A stretch of DNA of 34,728 nucleotides from positions 1-34,728 of the forward strand of contig LPNZ01011470.1 of the NCBI GenBank assembly GCA_001655205.1, written 5' to 3'. The notes below the pieces were generated by a model. The model saw only the letters and a program-made list of their open reading frames with translations, was not told the origin of the DNA and did not search any database. The stretch comes from Lenisia limosa. Lineage: Eukaryota > Protista > Breviatea. A program made the position numbers and the translations under genes. Of the stretch, positions 34,501 through 34,728 are shown in pieces (position 1 is the first letter of the stretch; each line of letters opens with the position of its first letter).

Positions 34501-34728
34501 ATCTGAACGATCTCGCCAGTCTTGCGCACGCCCTTGACAAGTCGCCCGGTTGTTCCGATAATGTGCGGCACGTTGGTGCGGAGGTATTTCTATGAGATGC
34601 ATAATGCAATTTTTTTAAAAAAAAAACAGCAAAAAATGATATAATAATAATCTTGAAAACCAAACAAACCGAGAAGACAGCCCTAGCAACACACCCCCCC
34701 GTACCTATTTCGCAACACACCCCCCGTA
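25584..34728 (-). CDS. Hybrid sensor histidine kinase: PAS - HisKA - HATPase_c - degenerate receiver(s)/long linker - receiver; 5' end outside window
   Basis: PAS: KYLRTNVPHIIGTTGRLVKGVRKTGEIVQIDLAVSEFF (34474-34589) / INGERFFTGMTRDVTSR (34251-34315). H-box: AKRLFLANMSHELR (34023-34101) / TPLHHVISARMLL. N-box: LLSNALKFT. G1: VTDTGCGI. F-box: LFRAFSQ. G2: TRSHGGMGLGLSLVRQLATTMGG. G3: STHGKGSTFRF. Terminal receiver: VLVVEDN / ...LVLMDCQ / MPVMDGYEATEEIRKME / PIIAVTAHVSDADK / IRCTACGMDGFIAKPFTQQ / TLRNELKIW-TAG. The last in-window exon begins at 34589. Some linker exons are only approximately resolved. Confidence 0.95.
26749..26814. repeat. Intronic tandem repeat, 28 bp unit, about 2.4 copies, abutting a 3' splice site
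   Basis: Unit ATATGAGGAGCATGGATCAGAGGTGGC(A/T) starts at 26749, 26777 and 26805. Confidence 0.9.
29675..29771. mobile_element. ~100 bp hairpin/MITE-like element, copy 2 (intronic, opposite orientation)
   Basis: The reverse complement reads AGGGATTCACTTCGGTTTGAAAAAGATTGATTTTTTCGACAAATCCTCAATAATTATCGATACTTTACCGGTATTTTTCGAACCGAAGGGAAGCTAC. This is colinear with the 13791-13892 element in both arms and core. Confidence 0.65.
33471..33550. repeat. Intronic tandem repeat, 28 bp unit, about 2.9 copies, overlapping a 3' splice site
   Basis: Unit TAAGTGGATGATGAGGAAGTTCTTTCGG starts at 33471, 33499 and 33527. Confidence 0.92.
34686..34728. repeat. Intronic tandem repeat, period 26, running to the window end
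   Basis: GCAACACACCCCCCCGTACCTATTTC is followed by GCAACACACCCCCCGTA. Confidence 0.75.

Noticed and set aside
1-34728. tRNA, rRNA, snoRNA genes, alternative genetic code, or a specific taxonomic assignment
   Set aside because: No cloverleaf or rRNA-like segment was recognised. TAA, TAG and TGA all terminate genes normally. Gene content is compatible with several protist lineages.

Overview
Intron-rich, compact eukaryotic (protist-like) nuclear DNA read in the standard genetic code, with GT-AG introns mostly about 40-300 nt. Many N gaps abut G/C homopolymers and cut through exons. The taxon cannot be determined from the sequence alone. The supplied ORF track is mostly intron read-through, so genes were rebuilt by hand-splicing exons; minor exon borders are approximate. 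Eight protein genes are supported, in strictly alternating orientation: (+) S9C dipeptidyl-peptidase-5-like peptidase (5' truncated), (-) microbial-type PARG (DUF2263/TIGR02452), (+) TMEM33/Pom33, (-) SLC38/AVT-type amino-acid transporter, (+) signal-peptide-bearing 2H phosphoesterase, (-) a ~10 kb gene for a type-I surface protein with TNFR-type cysteine-rich repeats and a Sushi domain, (+) APRT, and (-) a hybrid histidine kinase with a FixL-like PAS domain (5' truncated). The introns hold a ~446 bp MITE, two copies of a ~100 bp hairpin element, a double hairpin, and six 24-29 bp tandem duplications. They also show a recurring G-rich 5' end / C-rich 3' end polarity.
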